A DNA stretch of 64,000 nt from positions 29,901-93,900 of the forward strand of contig NZ_BOPH01000083.1 of NCBI RefSeq assembly GCF_016863655.1. Reading direction: 5' to 3'. The DNA comes from Virgisporangium ochraceum. Lineage in GTDB: Bacteria > Actinomycetota > Actinomycetes > Mycobacteriales > Micromonosporaceae. Below the pieces are notes generated by a model, which saw only the letters and a program-made list of their open reading frames with translations, was not told the DNA's origin and did no database searches. The translations under genes and the position numbers were made by a program. Shown here piece after piece: positions 6,122-15,733 of this stretch. The stretch's first letter is position 1, and each line of letters starts with the position of its first letter.

Positions 6122-9094
6122 GTGCACGGGGATCAGCGACGGCCCTGGCCGCTTCTGCTCGCGGCCGTGCTCCTGCTCGCGCTGGGAGCCGGGGTCGCGT
6201 GGGGCGTGGGCGACACGCTCGCGCTCACGTCGGCTCCCGCGGCGGTGCCCGTCGAGCGCACGGCCGCGGCGCCGGTCACCCCGATGGTGCCGGCGCCCGC
6301 GTTCGCGGCCGTCGTGGTGACCGGGGACAGACGCGTGACGCTCGCGGCCGAGGCGGTGGCCGACGCCCTGGTGCGACGCGGCCTGCCCCGTCCGGCGGTC
6401 GTACCGGCCGCGACCGTCGCACCGGTGCTCCGGGTCTCGCTGACGCCGGCGGTCGCCGGAGCCGAGGCGTACCGGGTCGTCGACGCCGCCGACGGGCTCA
6501 CCGTGGAGGCGTCCGGACCGGCGGGCGCGGCGGCCGGGCTCTACGCGGTGGCCGACCGGATCCGGTCGGGCCGGGCGATCGAGCGCGGATCCGTGGTGAC
6601 GCCCCGCCTCGGGCTGCGGCTCACCGACGCCGGGTCGGTCGGCCGCGAGCCCGACGCGGCCGCGTTCGCCGCGGGTACCGACTACTCGCTCAACACCGAC
6701 ATCGTCGGCGGCGCGCTGCTGCCGCGGGCGCCGTGGGTCGACGCGGCCGCCGTCGAACGGATCGCGGCCGACTTCCGCCGGTTCGTCGAGCACGCGCTGG
6801 CCCGCGGGTACAACGGGGTCGTCGTGCCGGGCTTCCTCGAGTACGTCACGTTCCGCGGCGTCGACGGCGTGTACCCGGCGGGCGACGACCACGTCGCGCG
6901 GGCCGAGGCGCTCGCCGCCGCGTTCGCACCCGTCTACCGGTACGCCGCCGACCTCGGCATGAGGGTGTACATGCTCACCGACATGCTCGCGGTCTCGCCG
7001 CCGCTCGAGCGGTACCTCGACCCGCTCGACGTCACCAGCCCGCGGCTGTGGTCGGTGTACCGGGCGGGTCTCGCGGAGCTGTTCGACCGGATGCCGTTCC
7101 TCAGTGGACTGATGGTGCGCATCGGCGAGGGCGGCGAGGTGTACGCGCAGGGCGGCTGGGACTACTCGTCCAAGCTCGTGGTCACCACCGGGGACGCGGT
7201 ACGCGCGATGCTGCGGGCGTTCCTGGCGACCGCCGGCGAGAAGGACAAGGACATCATCTTCCGCACCTGGACCGTCGGCGTCGGCGCCGTCGGCGACCTG
7301 CACACCAGTCCCCGGTCCTACGAGAGCGTGCTCGGCGGCATCGACGACCCGCACCTGGTCGTGTCGACCAAGTACACCAACGGCGACTTCTACAGCCATC
7401 TGCCGTTCAACACGACCCTCGGCACCGGCCGGCACCGGCGCATCGTGGAGTTCCAGGCGCGGCGGGAGTTCGAGGCGTTCGGCTCGTTGCCCAACGACCT
7501 CACCGACCTGCACCGGCAGGCGCTGCTGCACGCGCTGGAGCGCAACCCGCACATCGAGGGCGTCTGGACGTGGACGCAGGACGGCGGGCCGCTGCGCGCC
7601 GGTCCCATGACGCTCTATCTCCGGACCGGTTTCTGGCAGCTGTACGACCTGAACGTGTACGCGCTCGGCCGGCTCGCGTGGCGACCCGACAGCGAGCCCG
7701 CGGCGGTGACCGCCGACTGGGCGCGGCAGACGTTCTCCGACGACGACCGGACGGTCGCGGCGGTGACGGAGGTGATGGCGTCCTCGCGCGAAGCGGTGAC
7801 GAAGGGCCTCTACATCGCCCCGTACGCCGACCGGTCGGTGCGCGCGCTCGGCCTCGAACCGCCGCCGATGATGTGGATCTTCGAGTGGGACATCGTCACC
7901 GGCGACTCCGCCGCCCTCGACAGCATCTACGCGATCAGCCGCGGCCGGGTCGACGAGGCGGTCGCCGACGGCGACCGCGCGGTCGCGCTCGCCACCCGCA
8001 TGCGCGAGACGCTCGCCGCCACCGACCCGGCCGCCTGGCGCGATCCCGTTCTGCGCCAACGGTTCCAGGACACCCTCACGTACCAGGCGGACCTGTTCAC
8101 CGCGCTCGGCGCGTACCGCACCACGGTGCTGAGGCACGCCGAGTGGCTCGACACCGGCGACGCGCGCGCCCGTGACGGGTGGCGGGCGGCCGAGCGCCGG
8201 TACCGCGCCGCGCGCGCGTCCCATCTCGCGCGCTACCAAGGGAATCTCGACTTCCCCGCGTTCAACTTCACCGCCGCCGACCTGGGCGCCGCGCGGGCCG
8301 ACCGCGACCCGGCGATGGCGTGGCTGGCGCGGATCCTGCTCGCGGCGGTCGTCGCGGTCCTGGCCGTCGGGGCGCGCCGGCGTCCACTGTGGACACGAGC
8401 ACTGTGGACCGCGGTGAGCAGACCGTGGCGCCTCGCGGCCCTGCCGGCGCCGGCCCGACGGCTCGACCGGGTCCTCGTGTGGCTCGTCCCGGCGGCGGTG
8501 CTGGTGGCCGTCCGCGGGGTGCACACGTGGTTCGCGGCACCGGCGCACCTGCTGGTGACGCTCGGCGCGTGGCTGCTCTTCGCGGTCGTCGTGCGGCTCG
8601 CGGTGCGGCGCGCCGACCCGTTCCACCTGTGGGCCGCGGTCGGCGGCGTGATCCTGCTGCGCGCCGTGATCGTGCTGGTGGCGTTGGTGGCGCGGGGTCC
8701 CGGCCGCTACTGGTTCAACGTCTGGACCGACCCGGCGGCCCGCTTCCTGTACGTGACCGTCGCGTTCGCGGCGTTCGCGTGGCTGTTCGTGGTCACCGCG
8801 CTCGTCCTGCGCGACCGGTACGGCCTCAGCCGGCGCCGGGTGGCGGGAACGCTGCTGTGCGCGGCGGGGGTCCCGCTCGCGGTGCTGGGTGGGCTGGTCG
8901 CCGCGGTCGGCCTGGAACGCGCGCTCACGGTCTGGAACGACCAGCTCGCGCTGCTGCCGTGGGGCCTGTCGCGGATCCTCGGGATCACGGTGTACCTCGG
9001 CATCCCCTCCGGCCTGGCGACCTGGACGGCGACGGCCGGGGCCGTCCTCGTGGCGGCGGGTGTCCTCCTGCGCCCACGCCGGGCGAGCGCCTGA
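6122..9094 (+). CDS. large membrane-anchored protein: N-terminal signal anchor, ~600-aa extracytoplasmic glycoside-hydrolase-like (TIM-barrel-type) region, C-terminal polytopic (7-9 TM) domain
   Basis: ORF 6122..9094 with a GTG start. N-terminal hydrophobic segment PWPLLLAAVLLLALGAG. The central region has GH-like features: GYNGVVVPGFLEYVTF, IVEFQARREFEAF, MMWIFEWDIVTGD, NGDFYSHLPFNTT. The last ~300 aa are strongly hydrophobic helices. It is likely co-transcribed with the upstream XRE-cupin regulator across a 27-bp gap. Confidence 0.7.
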   Translation: MHGDQRRPWPLLLAAVLLLALGAGVAWGVGDTLALTSAPAAVPVERTAAAPVTPMVPAPAFAAVVVTGDRRVTLAAEAVADALVRRGLPRPAVVPAATVAPVLRVSLTPAVAGAEAYRVVDAADGLTVEASGPAGAAAGLYAVADRIRSGRAIERGSVVTPRLGLRLTDAGSVGREPDAAAFAAGTDYSLNTDIVGGALLPRAPWVDAAAVERIAADFRRFVEHALARGYNGVVVPGFLEYVTFRGVDGVYPAGDDHVARAEALAAAFAPVYRYAADLGMRVYMLTDMLAVSPPLERYLDPLDVTSPRLWSVYRAGLAELFDRMPFLSGLMVRIGEGGEVYAQGGWDYSSKLVVTTGDAVRAMLRAFLATAGEKDKDIIFRTWTVGVGAVGDLHTSPRSYESVLGGIDDPHLVVSTKYTNGDFYSHLPFNTTLGTGRHRRIVEFQARREFEAFGSLPNDLTDLHRQALLHALERNPHIEGVWTWTQDGGPLRAGPMTLYLRTGFWQLYDLNVYALGRLAWRPDSEPAAVTADWARQTFSDDDRTVAAVTEVMASSREAVTKGLYIAPYADRSVRALGLEPPPMMWIFEWDIVTGDSAALDSIYAISRGRVDEAVADGDRAVALATRMRETLAATDPAAWRDPVLRQRFQDTLTYQADLFTALGAYRTTVLRHAEWLDTGDARARDGWRAAERRYRAARASHLARYQGNLDFPAFNFTAADLGAARADRDPAMAWLARILLAAVVAVLAVGARRRPLWTRALWTAVSRPWRLAALPAPARRLDRVLVWLVPAAVLVAVRGVHTWFAAPAHLLVTLGAWLLFAVVVRLAVRRADPFHLWAAVGGVILLRAVIVLVALVARGPGRYWFNVWTDPAARFLYVTVAFAAFAWLFVVTALVLRDRYGLSRRRVAGTLLCAAGVPLAVLGGLVAAVGLERALTVWNDQLALLPWGLSRILGITVYLGIPSGLATWTATAGAVLVAAGVLLRPRRASA
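8382..8394. repeat. 13-bp perfect palindrome GTCCACTGTGGAC (copy 1), followed 6 bp later by a second CACTGTGGAC half-site (8400-8409)
   Basis: Read directly from the sequence. Intragenic, within the 990-aa membrane protein gene. Confidence 0.6.
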
Positions 9095-9100
9095 CGCGCG

Positions 9101-9811
9101 TCACGCCCAGACACCGGCGGTGGCGACCCCGACCGCGAGAAACGGGCCGAACGCCAGCCTGCTCCCCCTCGCGAGCCGACCGGACGCGAGCCCGACCAGG
9201 GCGACCACCGCACCGAGCACGGTGGCCACCGCGAGTGCCAGCAGCGCGCCGGGCCACCCGAGCACGATGCCGGCGAACACGCCGAGCTTGGCGTCGCCCA
9301 GCCCCACCCACCGCCCCCGCGACGCCAGGTGCAGCATCGCGTGGAGCCCGCCGAGCAGCGCCACCCCGAGGGCCGTACCGGTGGGATCCCGCTGGCGCAC
9401 CACCGCCTCCACGAGCGCGACGGCGACCAGGGGCAGCACGACCCGGTCCGGGAGCCGGCCCCAGCGGGCGTCGTACACGGCGAGGCCGGCGAGGGCGACC
9501 AGGTATCCCAGCCACAGCACCAGCGCGGCGGTCCCGTCCGTAAAGCGGAGGAAGGACACCGCGAACGCGACCGCCAGCCCCGCCTCGACCACCGGGGCCC
9601 ACGCCCCCACCGGGGCGCCGCAGTGCCGGCACCGTCCACACAGGACGATCCAGCTGACCACCGGTACGAGGTCGCGGACCCCGAGCCGGCTCCCGCAGGT
9701 CTCGCACCGGGACCGGCCGCGCACGACGTCGCCGCCGGTGTGCAGCCGCCATACCAGGGCGTCGAGGAAGCTGCCCAGGGCCGCTCCCAGGACGCCCAGG
9801 TAGACGACCAC
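9101..9811 (-). CDS. prepilin peptidase (A24 family, PilD/TadV-like)
   Basis: N-terminal tetracysteine motif (CETCGSRLGVRDLVPVVSWIVLCGRCRHCGAPV), the catalytic DAKLG segment and multiple TM helices. No pilin, flp or tad genes lie nearby. Confidence 0.8.
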   Translation of the reverse strand: MVVYLGVLGAALGSFLDALVWRLHTGGDVVRGRSRCETCGSRLGVRDLVPVVSWIVLCGRCRHCGAPVGAWAPVVEAGLAVAFAVSFLRFTDGTAALVLWLGYLVALAGLAVYDARWGRLPDRVVLPLVAVALVEAVVRQRDPTGTALGVALLGGLHAMLHLASRGRWVGLGDAKLGVFAGIVLGWPGALLALAVATVLGAVVALVGLASGRLARGSRLAFGPFLAVGVATAGVWA

Positions 9812-9946
9812 CTACAGCAGCACGACCGGGCGGCCGCGGCACTCGCGACGGCGAGCACCACCAGCAGCCCGGTCGCGAAAGGAACAACGGAGGCAACTGA
9901 AATCGCCTTCAGGGTCGCCCGTGGCCGATCTGGCACGCTGACCGGC

Positions 9947-10613
<667 letters not shown>

Positions 10614-10621
<8 letters not shown>

Positions 10622-12101
10622 GCTGTTGGCGCGCCGGTTCGGGTCCGTCCGGGCCCGCGCGGCCATCGGCGCCGCGCTGGCGACGCTCGCCGTCTTCGCC
10701 GCCGGCGGGTACCTGGTCCGTGGTGAGGTGGCGCGGGACCTGGAACGCAGCGACCTCGAGGCGGTGCGCGAGGACGCGAACCTGCTCGCGGTGCGGGTCA
10801 GCCGCGAGTCACACGCGTTGGACGCGGGAACCTCGTACGCCATCGTCGGTGCCGACGGCCACGTCTGGTTCCGCAACGGCATGTTCTCCGGCAACGGTCC
10901 GCTCGGTATGGCGCCGCTGCCACCCGCGCCGGCCGACCACCGCGACTACGACGTGCGCACCGTGCGCCTGGCGTTCCCGGCCTGGGCCAGCGGCCCCGAC
11001 CCGTACTACTCGGGCCTGTCGACGACCCCGCGCCGGCTCGCGGTGGCGGTGTGCGTCACCGAGGAGCTGCCCGCGGGTAGCGTCACCGCGTTCCTGACGC
11101 CGGCCGGCGCGGCCGCACCGGACCAGCCGCCGCTGCCGGCGCAACGCTTCACCGTGTACGTGGTCCGGTCGCCGCAGGCGGCCGACGAGGCGGTCGCGTC
11201 GGTGACCCGCACCGCCGGCTGGATGCTGCCGGCCGCGGTGCTGTTCGTCGCGGTGGTGGCCTGGCTCGTCGCCGGTCGCGCGCTGCGTCCGGTGGAGGCC
11301 ATGCGGGCGCGGATGGCGTCGATCACCGGAAGCGGTGCGGTGCGACGCATCCCGGTGCCGCCGGCGGGTGACGAGCTGACCGACCTCGCGACGACCATCA
11401 ACGCCACCCTCGACCGGTTGCAGAGCGCGCTGGCCGAGCAGCGCCGGTTCGTCTCCGACGCGTCCCACGAGCTGCGCACCCCGCTGACCACGCTGCGCAG
11501 CGCCCTGGAGATCGCGCTCGCCCACCCGGACGGGCGCGACTGGCCGGCCGTGGTGTCCGCCGCGCTCGCCGACACCGGTCGGCTGCAACGCCTCACCGAC
11601 GACCTGCTGCTGCTCGCCCGCCTCGACCACGGCTCCCGCCCACCCGTCACCGACCTGGCGAGCGTCGTCGCCGAGCGTGTCGCCGAACGCCCGCCCACCG
11701 ACGGCCCGACCATCACGGTGAGCACGCTGGAGACCGGCGCCGTACCCGTGCCCGGCACCGAGCTCGACCTCAGCCGGATCGTCGACAACCTGCTGGACAA
11801 CGCCGTCCGGCACGCCCGCGCCCTGGTCGACGTCGGGCTGACCGTCGACGGTGCCGCCGCCGTCCTGACCGTCTCCGACGACGGTCCGGGCATCCCGGTG
11901 GCCGACCGCGAACGCGTCTTCGACCGCTTCGTCCGCCTCGACGAGGCCCGCGACCGCGAACAGGGCGGAACGGGCCTGGGGCTGGCGATCGTCCGCGGGA
12001 TCGCCGTCCGCCTGGGCGGCACCGCCGGGGTCACCGACACGGCGACGGTCACCGTCCGGCTGCCCGTCGACCGCACGGCGCTGGACCGCGCCGCACCGTG
12101 A
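10614..12101 (+). CDS. sensor histidine kinase (TM-HAMP-HisKA-HATPase_c)
   Basis: GTG at 10614 overlapping the RR stop. Two TM segments, an H-box (FVSDASHELRTPLTTL) and N/G1/G2 boxes (DNLLDNAVRHA, SDDGPGIP, GGTGLGLAIV). Confidence 0.85.
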
Positions 12102-12128
12102 CGACGGGCCCGCCGGTGGCGTCGCGGC

Positions 12129-12728
12129 CTACAGGTGCGACCGGGCCTGCTCGTAGGATCCCGCACCGGCCTCGGCCGGACCGTAGACGAGGCTCAGCAC
12201 CCCCGTGGTGAACGTCTCCGACGAGATCAGGCGCAGCGGCACCGTGGACTCCCCCTCGTCGAAGAGCCGGATGCCGTGGCGGACCGCGATCGGGTGCACC
12301 AGCAGGTGCAGCTCGTCGAGCAGCCCCGCGGCGAGCAGCTGGCGGACGACCGACGGAGAGCCGCTCATGCCGATGGCGCCCGTACCCGGCTCCGCCTTCA
12401 GCGCCGTGACCGCCTCCACGAGGTCCCCTCGCAGTTGTTCGGAGTTGCGCCAGGTGAACTCGAGCTCCCGGTGCGACACGACGATCTTGCGGAGGTCGCC
12501 GAGGGTCTTCGCGAAGCCCGCGTCCTCCTCGCCGGCCAGCTCGCGCTCCGGCCAGGCGCCGGCGAAGCTGTCGTAGGTGACGCGGCCGAACAGCATGGTG
12601 TCGGCCGCGCCCAGCGTGGCGCTGACGGCGGCGCCCATCTCGTCGTTGAAGTACGGGAAGTGCCACTGGTCGGGCGCCTCGACGACCCCGTCGAGCGAGA
12701 TGAACATGCCCGCGATGATCTTCTTCAT
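12129..12728 (-). CDS. dihydrofolate-reductase-family protein (RibD C-terminal domain type)
   Basis: ATG at MKKIIAGMFISLDGVVEAP within ORF 12129..12782. Translation is in frame across the whole gene. Confidence 0.8.
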   Translation of the reverse strand: MKKIIAGMFISLDGVVEAPDQWHFPYFNDEMGAAVSATLGAADTMLFGRVTYDSFAGAWPERELAGEEDAGFAKTLGDLRKIVVSHRELEFTWRNSEQLRGDLVEAVTALKAEPGTGAIGMSGSPSVVRQLLAAGLLDELHLLVHPIAVRHGIRLFDEGESTVPLRLISSETFTTGVLSLVYGPAEAGAGSYEQARSHL

Positions 12729-12805
12729 GGTGCTGTCCCTTCGGGTCGGTGACTCGTCCACCGACCCGACGAGCGGCACCACCCGGATTCGACAGCGCCC
12801 CGGAA

Positions 12806-13177
12806 CTATTTCTGGCGGTCTTTGAGGCGCTGTTCCTCGCGGCGCGTCTCGGCGTGGGTCTCACGTTCGCGGACCAGCCACTCCGGCGGATCGGCCGCCA
12901 GCGCCTCGATCGACGCGGTGGTGAGCGCCTCGGTGACCCCGCCGCGGGCCAGCCCGCTGTTCGACACGCGCAGCCGCGCCGCGACGACGTTGCGCGGGTG
13001 GGGACCGTCGCGGCGCAGGTCGACCAGCCACTGCGGCGGGTTGCGCTGGAGCTCGGCGAGCTCCTCGCGGCTGATCTGGCCCTCCTGGAACTCCTTCGGC
13101 GTGGCGGGCAGGTACACGTCGAGCTTCTGCGCCGCCGTGGCGGGCTTCATCAGCTGTGGCTTCTTCGGCTTGCTCAT
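12806..13177 (-). CDS. conserved small actinobacterial protein (DUF5997-like)
   Basis: C-terminal 123 aa of ORF 12806..13564, from MSKPKKPQLMKPATAAQKLDVYLPATPKEFQEGQISREELAELQRNPPQWL. The upstream part of the ORF is Ser/Thr/Arg-rich artefact. Chosen over the overlapping antisense ORF 12749..13192. Confidence 0.55.
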   Translation of the reverse strand: MSKPKKPQLMKPATAAQKLDVYLPATPKEFQEGQISREELAELQRNPPQWLVDLRRDGPHPRNVVAARLRVSNSGLARGGVTEALTTASIEALAADPPEWLVRERETHAETRREEQRLKDRQK

Positions 13178-13208
13178 CGGCGTCCAGGGTAGCGATACCC
13201 TGGTCGCG

Positions 13209-13841
13209 ATGTTCCGCCTGCTGATCGCCGCCGGGGTCACCGTCGACAAGTGGACCCGCATGTGGGCCGAGCGGGTGCCCGGCACCGACCTGGTCCCGGT
13301 GCCCGCCGCGCCCGACGCCACGCTCGACGACGGTGCCGCCAACAGGGCCGACGCCGGGCTGCTGCGGCTGCCCGTCGACCGCGACGTCTTCCACGCCGTG
13401 CCGCTGTACACCGAGGCGACGGTCGTCGTGGTGCCACGCGACCACTTCGTCGCCGCCGGCGACGAGGTCACGCTGGCCGACCTCGCCGACGAACCGCTGC
13501 TGCGGCCGCTGGACGACGTTCTCACCTGGCCCTCCGCCGTGACGGGCGAACGGCCCGCGACCACGGCCGACGCGGTGCCGCTGGTGGCCGCCCACGCCGG
13601 TCTCCTCGTCGTTCCCCAGTCGTTGGCCCGCCTGCACCACCGCCGCGACCTGACCTACCGGACGGTCACCGACGCGCCGACCTCGTCGGTCGGGCTGGTA
13701 TGGCGCCAGGACGGGTACTCCGATCTGGTCGAGGAGCTGATCGGGATCGTGCGCGGCCGCACCGCGAACAGCACCCGGGGACGCGCGAAGCCGGCACCGC
13801 AACCCGCGCCACGGGGGCAAACCGGGCGGCGGCGACGATGA
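13209..13841 (+). CDS. LysR-type substrate-binding-domain protein lacking the N-terminal HTH (orphan domain or gene remnant)
   Basis: ATG (MFRLLIAAGV) within ORF 12822..13841. Periplasmic-binding-type-2 features typical of the LysR C-terminal domain are present, but no HTH is found in any upstream frame. Confidence 0.5.
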   Translation: MFRLLIAAGVTVDKWTRMWAERVPGTDLVPVPAAPDATLDDGAANRADAGLLRLPVDRDVFHAVPLYTEATVVVVPRDHFVAAGDEVTLADLADEPLLRPLDDVLTWPSAVTGERPATTADAVPLVAAHAGLLVVPQSLARLHHRRDLTYRTVTDAPTSSVGLVWRQDGYSDLVEELIGIVRGRTANSTRGRAKPAPQPAPRGQTGRRRR

Positions 13842-13863
13842 CCGACGATCTATCGTCTGCGCC

Positions 13864-14226
13864 ATGCTGCTTCGTCACATCACCATCGACTGCGCCGACC
13901 CGTACGCCCTCGCGACCTTCTGGAGCACGGTCACCGGCTGGCCCGTGTCCGACGAGGACGCACCCGGCGACGACGAGGTGCTCGTGGAGGCACCCGCCCC
14001 GGTGCCCGGGCTGCTGTTCATCCGCGTGCCGGAGGCGAAGAGCGTCAAGAACCGGGTCCACCTCGACTGGAAGCCGACGGAGCGCACGCGTGACGAGGAG
14101 GTGGCGCGGATCCTCGACCTCGGCGCCACCGTGCACGAGGACCACCGCAGGCCCGACGGCCGCGGCTGGGTGACCCTGCTCGACCCGGAGGGCAACGAGT
14201 TCTGCGTCGAGCGCGGGGCGGCCTGA
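13864..14226 (+). CDS. VOC/glyoxalase-family protein
   Basis: Full ORF. Contains the motifs HITIDCADPYALATFW and PEGNEFCV, as in the paralog at 62791..63174. Confidence 0.8.
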   Translation: MLLRHITIDCADPYALATFWSTVTGWPVSDEDAPGDDEVLVEAPAPVPGLLFIRVPEAKSVKNRVHLDWKPTERTRDEEVARILDLGATVHEDHRRPDGRGWVTLLDPEGNEFCVERGAA

Positions 14227-14230
14227 CACC

Positions 14231-15673
14231 ATGACGGTCGAGGTGCCGCAGACGGTACGGGGGCGGCTCGCGACGGTCGGCCGGGAGCCGATGTCGTGGC
14301 TGCCGACGCTGTTCGTGGTGCTGCTCGGCGCGGTGCTGCGGCTGGCCAACCTCGGCCACCCCAACAGGAAGATCTTCGACGAGGTCTACTACGCCACCGA
14401 GGCCCACGAACTCCTGACCTACGGCATCGAGTGGCGCCCGGAGAACAACGCCGGCGACTACGTGGTGCACCCGCCGCTGGGCAAGTGGTGCATCGCGGTC
14501 GGGGAATGGGCCTTCGGCTACAACACGTTCGGGTGGCGGATCTCGTCGGTGGTGGCGGGTGTCGTGTCGATCCTGCTCCTGGTGCGCATCGGCCGGCGGC
14601 TGTTCCGGTCGACCGTCCTGGGCTGCGCGGCGGGTCTGCTGCTCGCGCTGGACGGGCTGCATTTCGTGCTGTCGCGGTCGGCGCTGCTCGACATCTTCCT
14701 CATGCTGTTCGTGCTCGCGGCCTTCGGCTGCGTGGTGCTCGACCGCGACCAGCGCCGCCGCAGGGCGCTGGACTCCTACGGTGCTCTACGGCTGGGCTTC
14801 CCCTGGTGGCGGATCGGGGTGGCGTTCTTCCTCGGCTGCGCGTGCTCGGTGAAGCTCAGCGGCGCGTTCTTCATCCCCGCGATCATCCTGATCATGCTGA
14901 TCTGGGAGGTCGGCATGCGTCGCGCGGTCGGCGGCACGCGGATGGGCGGGCTCCGCAACGTGACGGTGTGGACCGCCGCGATGGGCGTGCTGGTGCTCGC
15001 CGTGTACCTCGCCTCGTGGACCGGGTGGTTCGCCACCGACCGGGGCTGGAACCGCCACGGGCTGGCCATCGCCGGCAAGGACGAGCCGTTCCTCGTCGGC
15101 GCGCTGCGCAACCTGGTCGACTACCACATCGCCGTGTACACGTACCACACCGGCCTCGGCGACCCGCACGCGTACCAGTCCTGGCCGTGGCAGTGGCTGC
15201 TGATGGGCCGGCCGGTGCTGTTCGAGTGGGTCGAGAACACCGGCTGCGACGCCGACCGGTGCGTCACGACGGTGCTGCTGCTCGGCAACCCGGTCCTGTG
15301 GTGGTCGTTCGTCCCGGCCCTCGCGGCCCTCGTGTGGTTCGGGATCGCCCAGCGCGACAAGCGCGCCGGGGTCCTCGGCCTCATGGTCGCCGCCGGACTC
15401 CTGCCCTGGTTCTGGTACCACTACGACGGCGGCCGCACCATGTACGTCTTCTACGCGCTGCCGGCGCTGCCGTACCTCATCCTGGCCGTGCTGTACGTGC
15501 TCGGCTCGATCTTGAGACCGCCCGACCGCCGGATGGTCGGCGCGGTCGCGCTCGGCGCCTACGTCCTGCTGGTCGCGGCGTGCTTCGCGTACCTGCATCC
15601 GATCTACGTCGGTGAGTCAATTCCGTACGACGCCTGGTGGGACCGCCTGTTCCTCGGCCGGAGGTGGGTCTGA
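14231..15673 (+). CDS. pmt: dolichyl-phosphate-mannose--protein mannosyltransferase (GT39, Pmt)
   Basis: Full ORF. Carries the catalytic DE motif in loop 1 (KIFDEVYYATEAHE) and about 10 TM helices, the typical actinobacterial Pmt architecture. Confidence 0.85.
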   Translation: MTVEVPQTVRGRLATVGREPMSWLPTLFVVLLGAVLRLANLGHPNRKIFDEVYYATEAHELLTYGIEWRPENNAGDYVVHPPLGKWCIAVGEWAFGYNTFGWRISSVVAGVVSILLLVRIGRRLFRSTVLGCAAGLLLALDGLHFVLSRSALLDIFLMLFVLAAFGCVVLDRDQRRRRALDSYGALRLGFPWWRIGVAFFLGCACSVKLSGAFFIPAIILIMLIWEVGMRRAVGGTRMGGLRNVTVWTAAMGVLVLAVYLASWTGWFATDRGWNRHGLAIAGKDEPFLVGALRNLVDYHIAVYTYHTGLGDPHAYQSWPWQWLLMGRPVLFEWVENTGCDADRCVTTVLLLGNPVLWWSFVPALAALVWFGIAQRDKRAGVLGLMVAAGLLPWFWYHYDGGRTMYVFYALPALPYLILAVLYVLGSILRPPDRRMVGAVALGAYVLLVAACFAYLHPIYVGESIPYDAWWDRLFLGRRWV

Positions 15674-15687
15674 CCTTCGGCACAACA

Positions 15688-15716
15688 TTGATCGGCGTCA
15701 AGATTTCGCCTAACGT
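15688..15716 (+). promoter_or_regulatory. candidate sigma70-type promoter TTGATC-N17-TAACGT upstream of the secreted hydrolase gene
   Basis: Hexamer pair with a 17-bp spacer, 18 bp upstream of the ATG at 15734. Confidence 0.4.
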
Positions 15717-15733
15717 CGTCGGCGGGAGGCGCC

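Noticed and set aside
4964-8626. 1220-aa minus-strand ORF, plus other very long ORFs (5791..8175 +, 20604..22886 +, 33103..36531 -, 36661..39747 -, 15637..17085 +)
   Set aside because: Extremely Arg/Pro/Ala/Gly-rich translations lying antisense to, or out of frame with, well-supported genes. These are typical stop-codon-poor frame artefacts of 73% GC DNA. Only their short coherent termini were kept (GNAT 4964..5476; DUF3817 start).
12749-13192. Plus-strand ORF overlapping the DUF5997 gene
   Set aside because: Low-complexity Arg/Leu/Gly-rich translation. The minus-strand product has a conserved-looking, compositionally normal sequence.
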